From: Squalus acanthias
Taxonomy: Eukaryota
Direction: 5' to 3'
Assembly (NCBI GenBank): GCA_030390025.1
Contig: CM059432.1
Coordinates: 128,776,001-128,840,000 of the forward strand
Length of the DNA stretch: 64,000 nucleotides
The translations under genes and the position numbers were made by a program. Shown one piece after another: positions 35,703 through 48,300 of this stretch; position 1 is the stretch's first letter, and each line of letters starts with the position of its first letter. The notes below the pieces were generated by a model. That model ran no database searches and was not told the origin of the DNA. It worked only from the letters and a program-made list of their open reading frames with translations.

Positions 35703-37264
35703 AGACCATTTCCTCTGGTGGGGGAGTCCAGAACAAGGGGGCATAACCTTAAAATTAGTGCTGGGCCATTCAAGGGTGATGCCAGGAAGCACTTCTTCAC
35801 ACAAAGGGTTGTGGAAATTTGTAATTCTCTCACCCAAAAAGCTGTTGAGACTAGGTCAATTGAAAATTTCAAAACTGAGATTGATAGGTAATTGTATTAA
35901 GGGATATGGAATCAAGGCGGGTCGATGGAATTAAGGTACAGATCAGCCACGATCTAATTGAAGGGCTGAGCATCCTCCTGTCCCTATGCTCTAATGCTCC
36001 TATGTAAAGGGATTTCTCAATATGTTGGAGTTCTAAAGTGATGAAATGTATTAATTGCTGTACCAATGAGATTGTTAATAGCCCACTTAGCAGATGGTCA
36101 TGACAAAGAAAAAGGTTTGCAGTCTACTGTGAGGGTGGATCTCAGCCAGTTATGGTGGAAATGCTATAAATAGCCTCAGAAACCCTCCGTGTACCTGCTT
36201 GTGATCACAGACCCCGAGACCCCTGCTCGAAAGTGCAAGTGTGTACAACAGATGAGGATGGAACTGGACTAGGCTGTGACATCTCTTGCAGTCAGATAGC
36301 TTGCTAACAATCATGAATAATAGCCACGGGGCCAAGGCATCCGGCACCATTGGAAATGCACCCAGGCATGGATACGTGCATTCAGGAGAGATGGGGAGAA
36401 AACTAGGGGGACAAACAAAGATGAAAACAAATGTTGACACGACAGTCCACATTAGAAATATCACTAGCATTCAGATGTCAGTTCGCACGCATTTAAATGT
36501 GCTTGCATGGAGCTCTGCTTTCCCTTGATTACATAATGGTGCTAAGCTGTCAGCATCATTGCTGCGTAGCTCTAAAAGCAGGTACTGCTGCCTGACTTTA
36601 ACCAACAGTATTGCTGCAGCACAATATTCCCCACCCCATTTTTCTCTCTATGACTGATACGATAATCGCATCAACATTAAACAAACTGAAACAAGTTGAG
36701 AGCCTTTCCCTGGTCTTCAGCAATGTACGCTAGTGTTTCACAAATAATGGATTGTGTGTAGGGGAATAATCTTGATGACTAAACACCATTTTATGCCTGA
36801 CTCCTTTACTAATATCCCATGACAAAATACTTGTGGTTATGGGCTGTGCCTTCCCCTGTTAGCATTCCAACATTTGTGTAAATAAATCTGTCTGTCCTGG
36901 CGCCTTGAATGAACAATCAGGTACCAGGGTTCTTTATTTCACAAAAGCTTTGTTGATTCGTAAGAAATAACAAACAGTAAAAGTTTTCTTTTTCTTAAAT
37001 TCAAAACCACATCATTTGTCTTCACCGTTGGTTTCATGGACGATTGTTTCATTTGCTGTCTCCTCTTACCTGGAGCAAACCGGTTGGAAAGGGAACATTC
37101 TCAATTGTTCAGGAGTTAGAAGAAACAAAACTGGCTATGACTCAGTCAAATCAAAGTGTTTCACCCTGCGCCACAATTTATTTTGCGCTATTTTTACGTT
37201 GTCCTTGTCCATCACAGGTTAGTGTAAGATACAAAGGAGAAACGGCAACTGCTGGAAAACTGAA

Positions 37265-37460
37265 ATACAACCAGAAAGTACTGGAAATACACAGCAGGTC
37301 AGTCAGTCTCTGTAAAGAGAAAAGACAGGTCAGGATGTTTTGGGTGTCCTCTGTTCATCAGAACACGAAGGGTAAACTTCCAAAACATTAGCCTGTCCTT
37401 TCTGATTACAGATACTCACTGACCTGCTGTGTCTTTCCAGCATTCTTGGCTTTGATTGCA
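37265..37460. mobile_element. Old Penelope-derived palindromic insert
   Basis: Imperfect arms ctggaaatacacagcaggtcagt...gacagg / cctgtc...actgacctgctgtgtctttccag, similar to the Penelope terminal repeat at 39120-39216. Confidence 0.6.
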
Positions 37461-39119
37461 GATTAGCGAGTGCTCAAGAAGAACTGATGGAGATGTCCAG
37501 AGTGAAATATTCACAAGCTGCAACAATAATTCAATAATGAAGTGGTGGGTGCACATTAACATTGGTTTGGCATCCATTTGTCCAAATACAGGTATATTAA
37601 AAGCTACAGGATACAGACACCTTCCTGTTTAATAATGTCTAAACCAACTCCAAGAGCGGTTTTTTAAATGTTTCTCCTGCTTAGCAAACCTTGAAACCCA
37701 TGGTCCAAGTCATATAGAAAGAATGGGATGGTTGCTAAAATAACATTGTTTTGGCAAGGATTTCCTAGAACTTATGTTTCATAATTTAGTGTTGTCTATA
37801 TGACAGGGTGCGATCAAGCGTGACTCCTAACTAGGAGGGGTTTCTGGCATGGTTTATCTCTGTGCCACAAAAGGAGACTTTCAACGCTTGGTTTGCTTGA
37901 TGTGTGTTGAGGTGGAATGTCGAGGTGGCGGTCTTTTGCGGGTTTGGCCGAAGTCGCCATCGGTGGAAGTAGGCCTCCATCCTCTGTAAATCACTGTTCA
38001 GGGTCTCCTCGGCGATGGACAGATTCATGTTTTGCGTGGCCAAGGCAATGTCATCAGCATATACGAACTTGCGGGACTCTGTTTCAGGCAGGTCACTAGT
38101 GTAAACTTTGAATAATATGGGTGCCAGGACAGAGCCATGTGGGAGTCCGTTGTTCAATGTCCCATATCTGCTCTTCTGGGTGCTAGAGTGCACACTGAAG
38201 CGTCGGTTGCTAAGCATGGAGTTGAGAAGATAGATCGTTGTTCTGCAGGGTAAAATAGTGGAGAGCTTGAAAAGCAGTCCATGCTTCCATACTGTGTCAT
38301 ACGCCGCTGACAGGTCCACGAGTGCTGTGGCGGTCTTGAGCTGGCGCTAGAAGCCTGCTTCGATGTGCGTTGTTAAAGCTACCACTTGGTTGCAGCAGTT
38401 ACGGCCACTTCGGAAGCCCGCTTGCTCCTTAGGAATGGTTGGCTCGATGATGGGGGCTAGTCTGTGGAGTAGTTGCCTCTCCAGCACTTGATAACAAGTG
38501 CAAAGTAAGGAGATTGGGCGGTAGCTGGAGGCTTCACAAGCTTTCTTCCCCTGCTTCAGGAGGACAATTATTTTAGTCTCCCTCCAAATAGGTGGAATTT
38601 TACCGGTTACCAGGACCTCGGAGAAGGAGGAGGTCAACCCCCTCTTCGCTTTGGGTCCCAGTGCTTTTAATAATTCTGGGTAAACACCATCTGGACCAGC
38701 AGCTTTTCCAGATTTGGTTGTCGACAGGGCTGCGTTTAGTTCGTCCAAGTTGAACGGATCAGACGTAATTGACGATCTTGGTGCTGCCATAAAGTTTGTC
38801 GCAAGCTGCTGCTTCACCTGCCGTCGAAATTCTTTGTCCACCGGAGCCTTTGAGGTTTGTATCAAGTGGAATGCAATGGTGTCCGCTCTGATGGTCGTCC
38901 TGTGTTTATAGGTGAGGTTTGCCCCGGCAAGTTGACGGAGCAGGGTCCATATTTCCTGCTGGAGTGAGTGAAGTTAGTCTTCTCCACAAGGCTCCTCCAC
39001 CTTTCACATCTCACCGAGTTCAAGGACTCCAGCAGTGTGGTGGCTGTGGCTGGGTTCTTGTTCAGCGAATACTCCTGGTAGAGAGCCTCGCTTTCTTCTG
39101 CCCAACAAGGAATATAAAC

Positions 39120-40052
39120 AACAACAGAAAATGCTGGAAAAACTCAGCAGGCCAGGCAACATCCGTGGAGAGAGAAACAGAGTTAACGTTTCAGGTCGAA
39201 ACCCTTCGTCAGAACTGAGAAAAGAGCAGGAAATGAAACAGATAAAAATGCAAGGAGGGGGCTGGGGGGAGGAATAACTATGGTAAGTAGAGACATTAAG
39301 AGATGCTTAAGGCAAGACGAGATGGTAATGGGACAGGTTAAGAAACAAAAGATGAAATGTGAAATGCTGGCAGAATGAGAGACAGCTGCCGTAGGGGGAG
39401 AGAGAGAAAAAAAAGGAAAAAGGCACGAACCAAAAGGGTGGATAAAATGTATATATATGTGGTAGGGGCCGAGGTTATGATCTGAAATTGTTGAACTCGA
39501 TATTGAGTCTGGAAGGCTGTAAAGTGCCTAAACGAAAGATGAGGTGCTGTTCCTCGAGCTTACGCTGAGCTTCCGTGGAACAATGCACGAGGCCGAGGAC
39601 GGTGAGGTCTGAGTGGGCGTGGAGAGGTGAATTAAAATGACAAGCGACCGGAAGCTCGGGGTCACCCTTACGGACTGAACGGAGGTGTTCCGCAAAGCGG
39701 TCACCCAATCTGCGTTTGGTCTCCCCAATGTAGAGGAGACCACATCGTGAGCAGCGAATACAGTATACTAGATTGCAAGAAGTACAAGTAAATCGCTGTT
39801 TCACCTGGAAGGGGTGTTTGGGGCCCTGGAGAGTGGGAAGGGGGGATGTATAAGGGCAGGTGTTGCATCTCCTGCGCTTGCACGGGAAGGTGCCGGGCGA
39901 GGGGGAAGGGGTGCTGGGGGTGATAGAGGAGTGGACTAGGGTGTCTCGGAGGGAGCGGTCCCTACGGAATGCTGAAAGGGGAGGTGAGGGGAAGATACGT
40001 TTGGTGGTGGGATCACGTTGGAGGTGGCGGAAATGGTGGAGGATGATCCGTT
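39120..40052 (-). mobile_element. Penelope-like element, 3' fragment (GIY-YIG endonuclease plus terminal repeat), nested in the Vingi-like LINE
   Basis: ORF 39475-39804 FTC..NLVYCIRC..C.LLYIGETKRRL.DRF.EH; 10-bp TSD gaatataaac (39110-39119, 40053-40062). Confidence 0.93.
39181..39216 (-). ncRNA. Minimal type-I hammerhead ribozyme motif in the Penelope terminal repeat
   Basis: aguu-CUGACGA-A-GGGU-uucg-ACCU-GAAA-CG-UU-aacu; palindromic AACGUU; stem I aguu/aacu. Confidence 0.75.
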
Positions 40053-41679
40053 GAATATAAACCCCTGAGGTATACTGCGTTTTGCGGCAGCTTTAATAAT
40101 CATATAAATCTGTTGAAGGCATTGGTGGTTGGCAGAATCCACCTGATGTTGTCAACTGACCTTTGGAAGGTTTCCCAGTCTGCTTTTTTGAAGTTCCATC
40201 GTGGTTCGGCGTTGATGTAATGACAGGAATTTCGATGCCAGTGTTGATGATTGAGGGCCTGTGTTGACTGTTGGGGAAGTCATCAAGAACGGTTCTAGAG
40301 GCGATGACTGGGTTTCCTTTGCTGTCTTTAGAGAGGAAACATAGGTCTGGGTTATATTCTCTTTGCCACCTTGACGGATGAAACGTACCTCGATCTTTGG
40401 CGTCAAAAAGGAGGAATTTATTCTCTAGTGAAGCTCACTGTACAATTGCTTTTCCATTATAGTTGACGTCTGCATAGTCCCATATTGTGTGGTGGCTACT
40501 AAAGTCTCCGAGATGGATGAATGGATGTTGACTCGGAGGGAGCGGTGGGTCAGGCCACTGTACACGTGGTGGTTTGTAGACATTGGAGATTGTTAGCGCT
40601 CCTACGCGTATTGCTGTAGTGAAAACTCTGGCAACACTGGTATGCTTGAGTTCAGTGCAGCCTTTGATGCCTTGTTTGACATAGCATGCCAAGACAAATT
40701 TGGGAAGAAACTAAAGAGCAAGGTCAACTTGATCCAGAAACTCGCCGGATCGGCAGCACTCGCCCTGGTGTACTCTATAGCGGACTACTGCACTCCGTCA
40801 TAGCTATCAAGTCCGCATGTCAAATCCATTGATTTCCAGCTGAATTCTACTATGAGAATTATCACCGGTACGCTTTTATCGACACCAACACCTTGGCTGC
40901 CCGTGCTTGCAAACATCGCACCACCACACTTATGCTGCGAATATGTAGTCTCCAGAGAATACAACCGCTATACCAGCAAAGACATGCCGATCCAGACCTA
41001 CTTGAACAACCTACCACCAATCCGTCTCAAATCTAGAAGGCCATTTTGGGCCATCGCCGAAGCCCTTCAGCGATCTCCCCTCAGCCTTGATGACCGATGA
41101 TGAAATGCTTGGAATAACTGTGACATATGGAATGGATTCCTTATAGAGGACCCAACAGTACAACCTGAAGGATCAAACCTTCCTCGCAAACAGTGGACAA
41201 CCATCAACCGCCTCAGAACTGGTCATGGTCGATGCTGCCACCTTCTCCATAGATGGAAGATTAAAGCATCGCCATCATGCGACTGTGGAGCTCCTAATCA
41301 GACCCTGGAGCACATCATTGAGCACTGCCCTCAGAGGAAATTCACAGGCAGCCAACAAGATATCTATGCTGTTACACTGGAAGCTTTGGCCTGGCTACCT
41401 GAATATTGACATTTGATTTGCTTTGCTACTACCATATGAAAGAAGAAGATCACTTAATGTCATATCTGTCCCTTATGTCAGTGTATATCAGAGCATCACG
41501 AAAATGTTCTTTATGTCAAGCAAATGAGTAAACTTACTTATAATGATAAACTTATTAAAACAAAAATGCCAGGTTGTCCTACAACAATCATAGCTCCTGA
41601 AATATTTGTAGCTACTTAAGGTCAATGATTTAATCAAGTGAAAGCAGGTTAATGTGCAACCAGGTAGAGTAGAGACATC

Positions 41680-42442
41680 GGGAGTGAAATTGGGTGCCTT
41701 TGCGCCTCCTGTTAGTGCCCCCGGGGGGCACTAACAGGGCGCTAATGGCTTTGCAACCGGGCGCAACGCTGACATCAACTCCTGCCATATTCGGCAGGAG
41801 TTTTGCGGCGGTGCTATGGTGTTGCGCCCCGATCTCCTTCGCCCGGAGATCGCGGCATCATTGCTGTGCGCATCGCCCCGGTAACGGCCTGGACCCGAAA
41901 TTGACTTCTGCCCCCTGCAACAGTGCTGGTCGAAAACACCGACAGCTGCAGGAGGTGTGCATCGGGCGGCTGGCCACTTCGGGGGCGATGATTAAAGGTG
42001 AGGTGGCCGAGGTAAGTGAAAGAAAAACTTAACTTTCCTGTTCTAGTTTTTTTCGCGGGTTCCTGCCCATGATCGATCAGCCCAGCGCTCTGCTTGAGAG
42101 CCAGGCTGATCGCGCGGGATCGCGGCTGCCTTGGTGGTCCAGGTAGGTACTTTTTAAATTACAGAGCCTGCAGCGATGGCCCTTCCCTTTAATGGAGGGA
42201 AGGAGCCTTTGAACACGGCAGCACTGCACGGCCCAGTGTGCAGTGCTGCTGAAGTCTTCGTCCCGCTCTCCGACGTTAGCGCCCTAAGAAGGAAGTGGAG
42301 TGCTTGATTTAGCGCTCCACTTCCCTCTTGGGGCGCTAAAACTCAATTTCGCGGTCACCGGCGCTAATTAGTGCCAGGCACTAAGGTTAGCGCCCAAGCG
42401 ATGTTAGCGCCCCAAAATGGTTGATACCAAATTTGTCCCCCG
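41680..42442. mobile_element. Harbinger-type MITE (family B)
   Basis: Termini gggagtgaaattggg / ccaaatttgtcccccg with ATC/ATC TSD; homologous to 59465-60309. Confidence 0.78.
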
Positions 42443-42484
42443 ATCTCTTAAGCAGTCTACCTATTATTGATTACATTTGAATTT

Positions 42485-43655
42485 TACAAAGATACAAATG
42501 TAGACACCTCATGAGGAGGATAGTAGCAGACATAGACAGACTAGTGAAATGAGCAGACACATGGCAGATGAAAATTAATGCAGTGAAGTGTAAAGTGATT
42601 CATTTTGGAAGGAAGAATAAGGAGAGGCATTATAAACTAAATGGTACCATTTTAAAGGGGGTGCAGGAACAGAGGGACCTAGGGGTTCACACACACAAAT
42701 ATGGGGTGAAAGGTGAAAGGAAGAGAGCATCAGTGTGGAGAGAGAGGCCGCGCTCAGCAGAGGCGAGGCTGAAGGTTTCCTTGAGGGGCCGGGGAGCACT
42801 CCTGCTCCTCCCTGCCCATAAGGAGTGCTGTAAAAGATGCTTACCCTTTTGAGCCGGCAGCTCCCGTCTCCGCTTCACTGCCGGGTTTCTCGAGCCCTGG
42901 GAAACCTGGCCAGCATTTAAATTTAAATCAGGCTCGAACTTGCACTGTGAGAGCCCTTTTAAAATATGTTAATGAAGTGTCCCGTCTCTTGAGGCGGGAC
43001 ACTCGCACAGCTCGAAACCCGCCACTGTAAAAACAGCAACGGGCTCGTATGCGTCAGGTTCGGGACATGTTCCCCATTGAAAATTTTTAACCCCCCCCCC
43101 CCCACCCAACTCTCTTTTGCCTGTAGTGGGGGGGGGGGGGGGTTAATATTGAGACCATTGTGTCCAATTTTGGGCACCACACTTTAGGAAGGATGTCAAG
43201 GTCTTGGATAGGGTGCAGGGGGAATTTGCTAAAATAATACCACGGATGAGGGACTTCAATTATGTGGAGAAGCTGGGATTGTTCTTCTTAGAGCAGAGAA
43301 GGTTATAGGGTGATTTAATAGAGGTGCTCAAAACTTGTATAGGGTTTTGATAGAGTAAATAAGAAGAAACTGTTTCCACTGGCGGTTGGGTCGGTAACCA
43401 GAGGACACAGATTTAAGAAAATTGGCAAAAGACCAAAGGGGAGATGAGATACTGCTTTTTACGCAGCGAGTTGTTATGGTCTGGAATGCACTGCCTGAAA
43501 GGGTGGTGGAAGCAGATTCAATAGTAACTTTCAAAAGAAAATTGGATAAATACTTAAAAAGGAAGTGGGACTAATTGGCTCGCTCTTTCAAAGAGCTGGC
43601 ACGGGCATGATGGGCCGAATGGCTGCCTTTTGTGCTGGATCATTCTATGATTCTG
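42485..43655 (+). mobile_element. CR1 3' fragment with an internal deletion and a partial family-A MITE (about 42702-43156, minus)
   Basis: KCKVIHFGRKN..QRDLGV, then MITE sequence, then CVQFW...FTQRVV..WNALP and a ttctatgattct tail. Confidence 0.85.
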
Positions 43656-44920
43656 TGAATAGCAGCCAACTGGAAGTAAAGCAAGAAACGTAAGGAGTTA
43701 AACAAAGAAAAAAGATTTCAAAATCAATATGAACGTGTATTCTGTTCGAGCTGATGATGAAAATGACACAGCTGTATGCTTGGTTCACCAACTAAAATGC
43801 AGATGAATAAACAGCCAAGGAGTCATTTGTTCATCAAGGAAACTTTTGTTAATTGTATTCATTTCCATCTGATGTTACAGTAAGTTTGATGAACTATGAA
43901 AGGCAGTAGTGCTACATGCTGCCCAAATGGCTCAGTGGGTGAGTGCCCCACCTGGTATTCCTAAGCCATCAAGACCAGGAAGGCATCAGGTTCTGTCGCT
44001 GGTCTGTGCCACGTTCGTTGACCTGAGCCAGGGTAGCAGTAGGGATGCTACAGTTGACCTCAGTGTTGCTGAACTACAGAGAGCCAACAAAACACCAGCT
44101 CACATTCCCATTCCCATGATCACTCTCCATAAACCCTGCGGGAAAATGCATGTGTGTGGAGAAAAACAGTAAAAGTAACATTTTTAAGGTACTTCATTTG
44201 AAGGACAAAACACAAAGCATCAATAAGCACTTACATTAGCAACAAATTCTTAAATAGGTTTGAATGTCACAAAAAAGCCTGATAGTGATAATACGTTCCG
44301 AATGTTTCTTTTGTACAGTGCTGCATTTCTTCCCCTTTAAGTATTCTCACAACAGGTGTATCATGTGCATATTTACATAAGCTGTATAGGAATGAGACAC
44401 ATTGAAAGAGCAGTCTGTTAATGTTTTTCGTGTCGTGAGCCTAAAATGGGAAGAAAAGAACAACTTGCATGAAAAAATCAATGAAATACAGGAGGTAATA
44501 ATGAAACGTGACAATCAAAGTTTATGATTTTCATGGAAAAAGGATGGACTCATCGATTGCAACCCCCAAAATACCAGTAAAAATCTCAGAATCCTAAGCA
44601 ATAAAAATGGAATTTAACCTATTCAGTCACTGTAGAGTAGTGGCTTTGATTATCACAGCCCTTTTGCACATTATAGGCAAAGGAAAATTGGATGGATTGT
44701 GGTAAAGGTCTCAGAATCCCTTGTAATAAAAACAGAATTTGATTTTATTCAGTAACCTTAAACCAAAGGCCCTGATGGCAATGAGAGAGAGAGGATTAAA
44801 TGTTACATCATACCACTGAAGTTTCTGCTCTGTGTTTTCCGATGTGTTTACATATATATGTTTTCCCCCTTCTTTTCTGATCGTATTGCTATTCTTGCCC
44901 ATCTCTTATTTTTCAGTTTC

Positions 44921-45304
44921 GGGTACGGTAGCATAGTGGTTATGTTACTGGACTAGTAATCCAGAGGTCCTGGACTAATGATCAGGAGACATGAGTTCAA
45001 ATCCCACCATGGCAGTTGGGGAATTTAAATTCAGTTAATTAAATAAACCTGGAATAAAAAGCTAGTGTCAGTAACGGTGACCATGAAATTGTTGTAAAAA
45101 CCCATCTGGTTCACTATTGTCCTTTAGGGAAGGAAATCTGCTGTCCTTACCTGGTCTGGCCTATATATAACTCCAGACCCACAGCAATGTGGTTGACTCT
45201 GAAATGACCTAGCAAGCCACTCAGTTGTCTCAAAGTGCAATTAGGGATGGGCAATAAATGCTGGCATTTCCAGTGACGTCCACATCCCGTGAATGAATTA
45301 AAAA
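44921..45304 (+). mobile_element. tRNA-derived SINE sharing its 3' tail with the CR1-group LINE family
   Basis: A box tagcatagtgg, B box gagttcaaatcc; tail gcaattagggatgggcaataaatgctggc matches 31161-31190. Confidence 0.88.
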
Positions 45305-48300
45305 GAGTTTGGAAGAAGGATATGCCTCCAAAAAATAGATTATCTGTTATGCTGATTGGCCTCCTGGGTATGTCCAGCTTTGTCAGTGTTTAAATGTATT
45401 TGCATTCCGCGTGAGACCACTTCAGGGGAACCTAAAGTTAAATTGGAAAGGAAAGTGCAGCGCAAGTTGAGTGGCGATCCCCTGCCCCCCCCACCTCCCC
45501 CCCCGCAAACAAAATGTCAGCCCCGAGACCAGCAGTTTCAAAAAAATTATATATTTTAATTTTCCGATTCACTCACCACTCACTAACACAGCAGGAAATG
45601 GAAAAAACATGTTTGTACAGGGAAAAACATTCACTTTTTGTGCACAGGAGTCGACATGTATTCTTTTATAGGTTGGGTTCATCAAAATTCAAAGTGTAAG
45701 TCCAAATTCAGGTCCTTTTCCAAACAGACTAGAAACGGTTCCATTTGAATTTATAACAATCCGGAAATATTTCCCTTTGGATTCACAATTCAGTTTCCTT
45801 AAAGCTGGTGAAGTTTTGTGTCTCCTCTTATCCAGTCTAAGGTTTATACAGTATTGACCAAACACTGGAGACTGAGAGTCTGTGTGTATTTCATCAACAT
45901 TAGATTAGATTGGAAAGAAAAATGTCATTTTGAAGTAATGATATGCGACTATACTACATGTCTGTCACTGAATCTGTCAGTTCATGGAAGATGAAATAAT
46001 TCATCAAGTATTTGGTCATCTGTGTGAATCTTTCATTTCTTTTAACTCTAATATATCAAAAAGAATACGGCAGTTAACCCTACTGATACTTGCCAAGCAA
46101 TTACCACCCTTCTGGTAAAGCGAAACATTCCTTGTGACACAAATTGCTTCCACACAATCTTTGTGGGGCAGAATCCAGAATTATTCGAATTACTCCAGTT
46201 CTCAACATCTGGAGTCAGCAAATTCTACTTCATTAAAGTATATTGAAGGCCACTTTCCCCCTACCTTCCCTCACCTGACCTTCAGCCAGAAACAAACAAG
46301 CTGTGAAGCTGTTCTAGATTGCAGTTATACTGCTGCTATCACGCCAACACAAAACAGTTTTGGGGTGCGTGAAAGTGTCATTATACCTCGGGTATCAGAT
46401 CCCAATCTCATGCCCAAGTGCACTAAATCCAAGCAGTGCCAGACCCCCGTCAGGAGCCAGTTGCATGCCAGTTTGTGCTTGCACTGGCTACAGAATAACT
46501 TCAGTCCAGCGAGAAGCCATATTTTAAAGTGCATTTAACCCTTTTAAGTGAATCTATTTAATGTTAATGGGACATTTCTAGCCCACAGAGGAAAAAAATT
46601 GTGCGCACCTTCTGTAGGTGACAGTCAACACTGGTCCTCCTTCTGGAGTTGGTGTTGATTTAACTCAAGTCAAAGTTACCAACCCTGCTATTGTGAATAT
46701 ATTTGCCTTGTGTGTTGCTTAAAGCATTAGAATTTACTGATCACTTGTTAAGTAGTTTGGGAGGTTTTTCTTTTATTTTGTCTTCAGTAATTGCTTCCAG
46801 ATCTTTATATGAAACCAAATGAGTTGAGTTAGAATGGCTGAACTGGTCGGGTTTGGAGACATTTTCAGCCTAAATCCTGCCAGATCTATAATTGAAACAA
46901 TCAGCTAGCCGGAGTCAGTTTCTTATCTGTTGTACCTTATGCGACTTTAACTTGTCAGAGTCTTAACTTCTAAACAAAGAAACATACATAAAGAAATTCC
47001 ACATAGGTCAACGCAAAATAAAATAGCTGAGTACATCGCACCTCAATGCTGATTGACTACTCAAAAACTTATCAAGTAGAAATTTTTGAACTACAAGATC
47101 ACTACAAATTCCTGATACTGATTGTTTCTGGCCTTCAAATTGAATCATTTGAGATTTGTGGAGAATTACAAGCAATCCTATTTTTTCAGTAATCTTATCA
47201 AAGGTCTGCCCATTTGCTAAAATACGAGAGCTAATCAGTTCCATAATCTGTCATGTTTTTAATCCAGGCCTTCTGTTAGCTTCCCAGGTTTGCTGATTCT
47301 TAGATTCCTCTGGATCACAAAATAAAGACTGTACTTCACACTGAGATGATATTAATAGAGGGGGATGGGACTAATTGTATGTCAGGGTTATGTCATTTGC
47401 AACAGAGCAGAATGAAGCTGTGAGTGGCTTGGCCTTAGGAAGCAGAGCTCGACTCAATCCTTTTTTAAAATTTAGCTTCTACTGGCACAGCAGCAAGGAA
47501 GGCAGATGGATATTGATCAGACGCATGAGTAATAGGGACACAGAAGGCACGAGGGGAAGAAATCGGAGCATTGCTTGTTCTACACTGATTATCCAGAAAG
47601 AGATTCCCATTTCAAGCTTTCTAAACTACTTAACGGCTTGTTATTATCACAAAGCACTGTCGACATAAGATTTAATCTCATTGGGATTGTTAGCAAATTA
47701 ACATTATATCCTTGAAGGAAAATAGACTTTGAGATAAAGAAACAATTTTTAAAAAGAGAAATGGTAACAGTCGGAAAACAGACCAGGAAAAGAAAAAAGG
47801 ACCAAATGCTGAATTATGTGCATTCTGGCATTGTATAATTGCATTTAGAAATATAATTACGGTACTTACAAAATGGCAATCTAATGCAGTAATTAAATAC
47901 GCCCAAAAGAACTTTCAGGCTTTCCTTTACTTTTATGGCCCGATGTAAATGGGCTCCAAGTGTCCCTTGCATGATGATCTCGCTGGCTATAGATGATCAG
48001 AATGGCTCTCCAAATGTGGAATTATACAACGTCCTTTAATTACAATGACAACTTGCGTTTATATAGTGCCTTTAATGTAGTAAAACGTCCCAAAGGCACT
48101 TAATACACACAATGGTGTCAATAATTCAACTCAATATAAAAATGTCCATGCAAATATTGTATGTGCAAAATGTATCAACGTTGCCAAAGTACACCTGCAA
48201 ATTAAAAACAATAAAACAACCGGGAAACACTTGCCTGAAGGCTCAGTTGGGAAGTGCACAGCACAGCATAGAACTGAGTCACTTTTGAAGTCTGATCTGT

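Larger units (their letters stand above)
33345..36005 (+). mobile_element. CR1 3' fragment interrupted by a MITE
   Basis: ALEGVQHRFTRMIPGL...VREK before 33667 continues as FPLVGESRTRGHNLKI...FFTQRVV after 35705. Confidence 0.9.
37785..41449. mobile_element. Vingi/Ingi-like LINE with 5' inversion (EN and RT on minus 37785-40690, C-terminus on plus 40690-41449)
   Basis: Minus: NVYKPP, GDF, KAAGPDG, YRPISLL, QAGFR, DLSAAYDTVW, GSVLAP, YADD, LGVTLDRTL. Plus: KLKSKVNLIQKLAG, MRIITG, INRLRTGHGRC, CDCG..QTLEHII.HCP; (gaa)n tail. The clade call is from motif style and the absence of an RNase H domain. Confidence 0.8.

Noticed and set aside
37016..37391. Possible host exon (ELEETKLAMTQSNQ, with AG and GT sites nearby)
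   Set aside because: No recognisable domain and no consistent partner exons; part of the ORF runs into a Penelope remnant. It cannot be supported without a homology search.
43920..44165. Old SINE-like repeat (similar stretches near 28670-28760, 30290-30440 and 48235-48500)
   Set aside because: Similarity is visible but too decayed to name the family or define boundaries by eye.
44921..45010. tRNA gene (also SINE heads at 56507 and 58178)
   Set aside because: A and B boxes are present, but each continues into a SINE body and LINE-derived tail, so these are SINE heads rather than tRNA genes.
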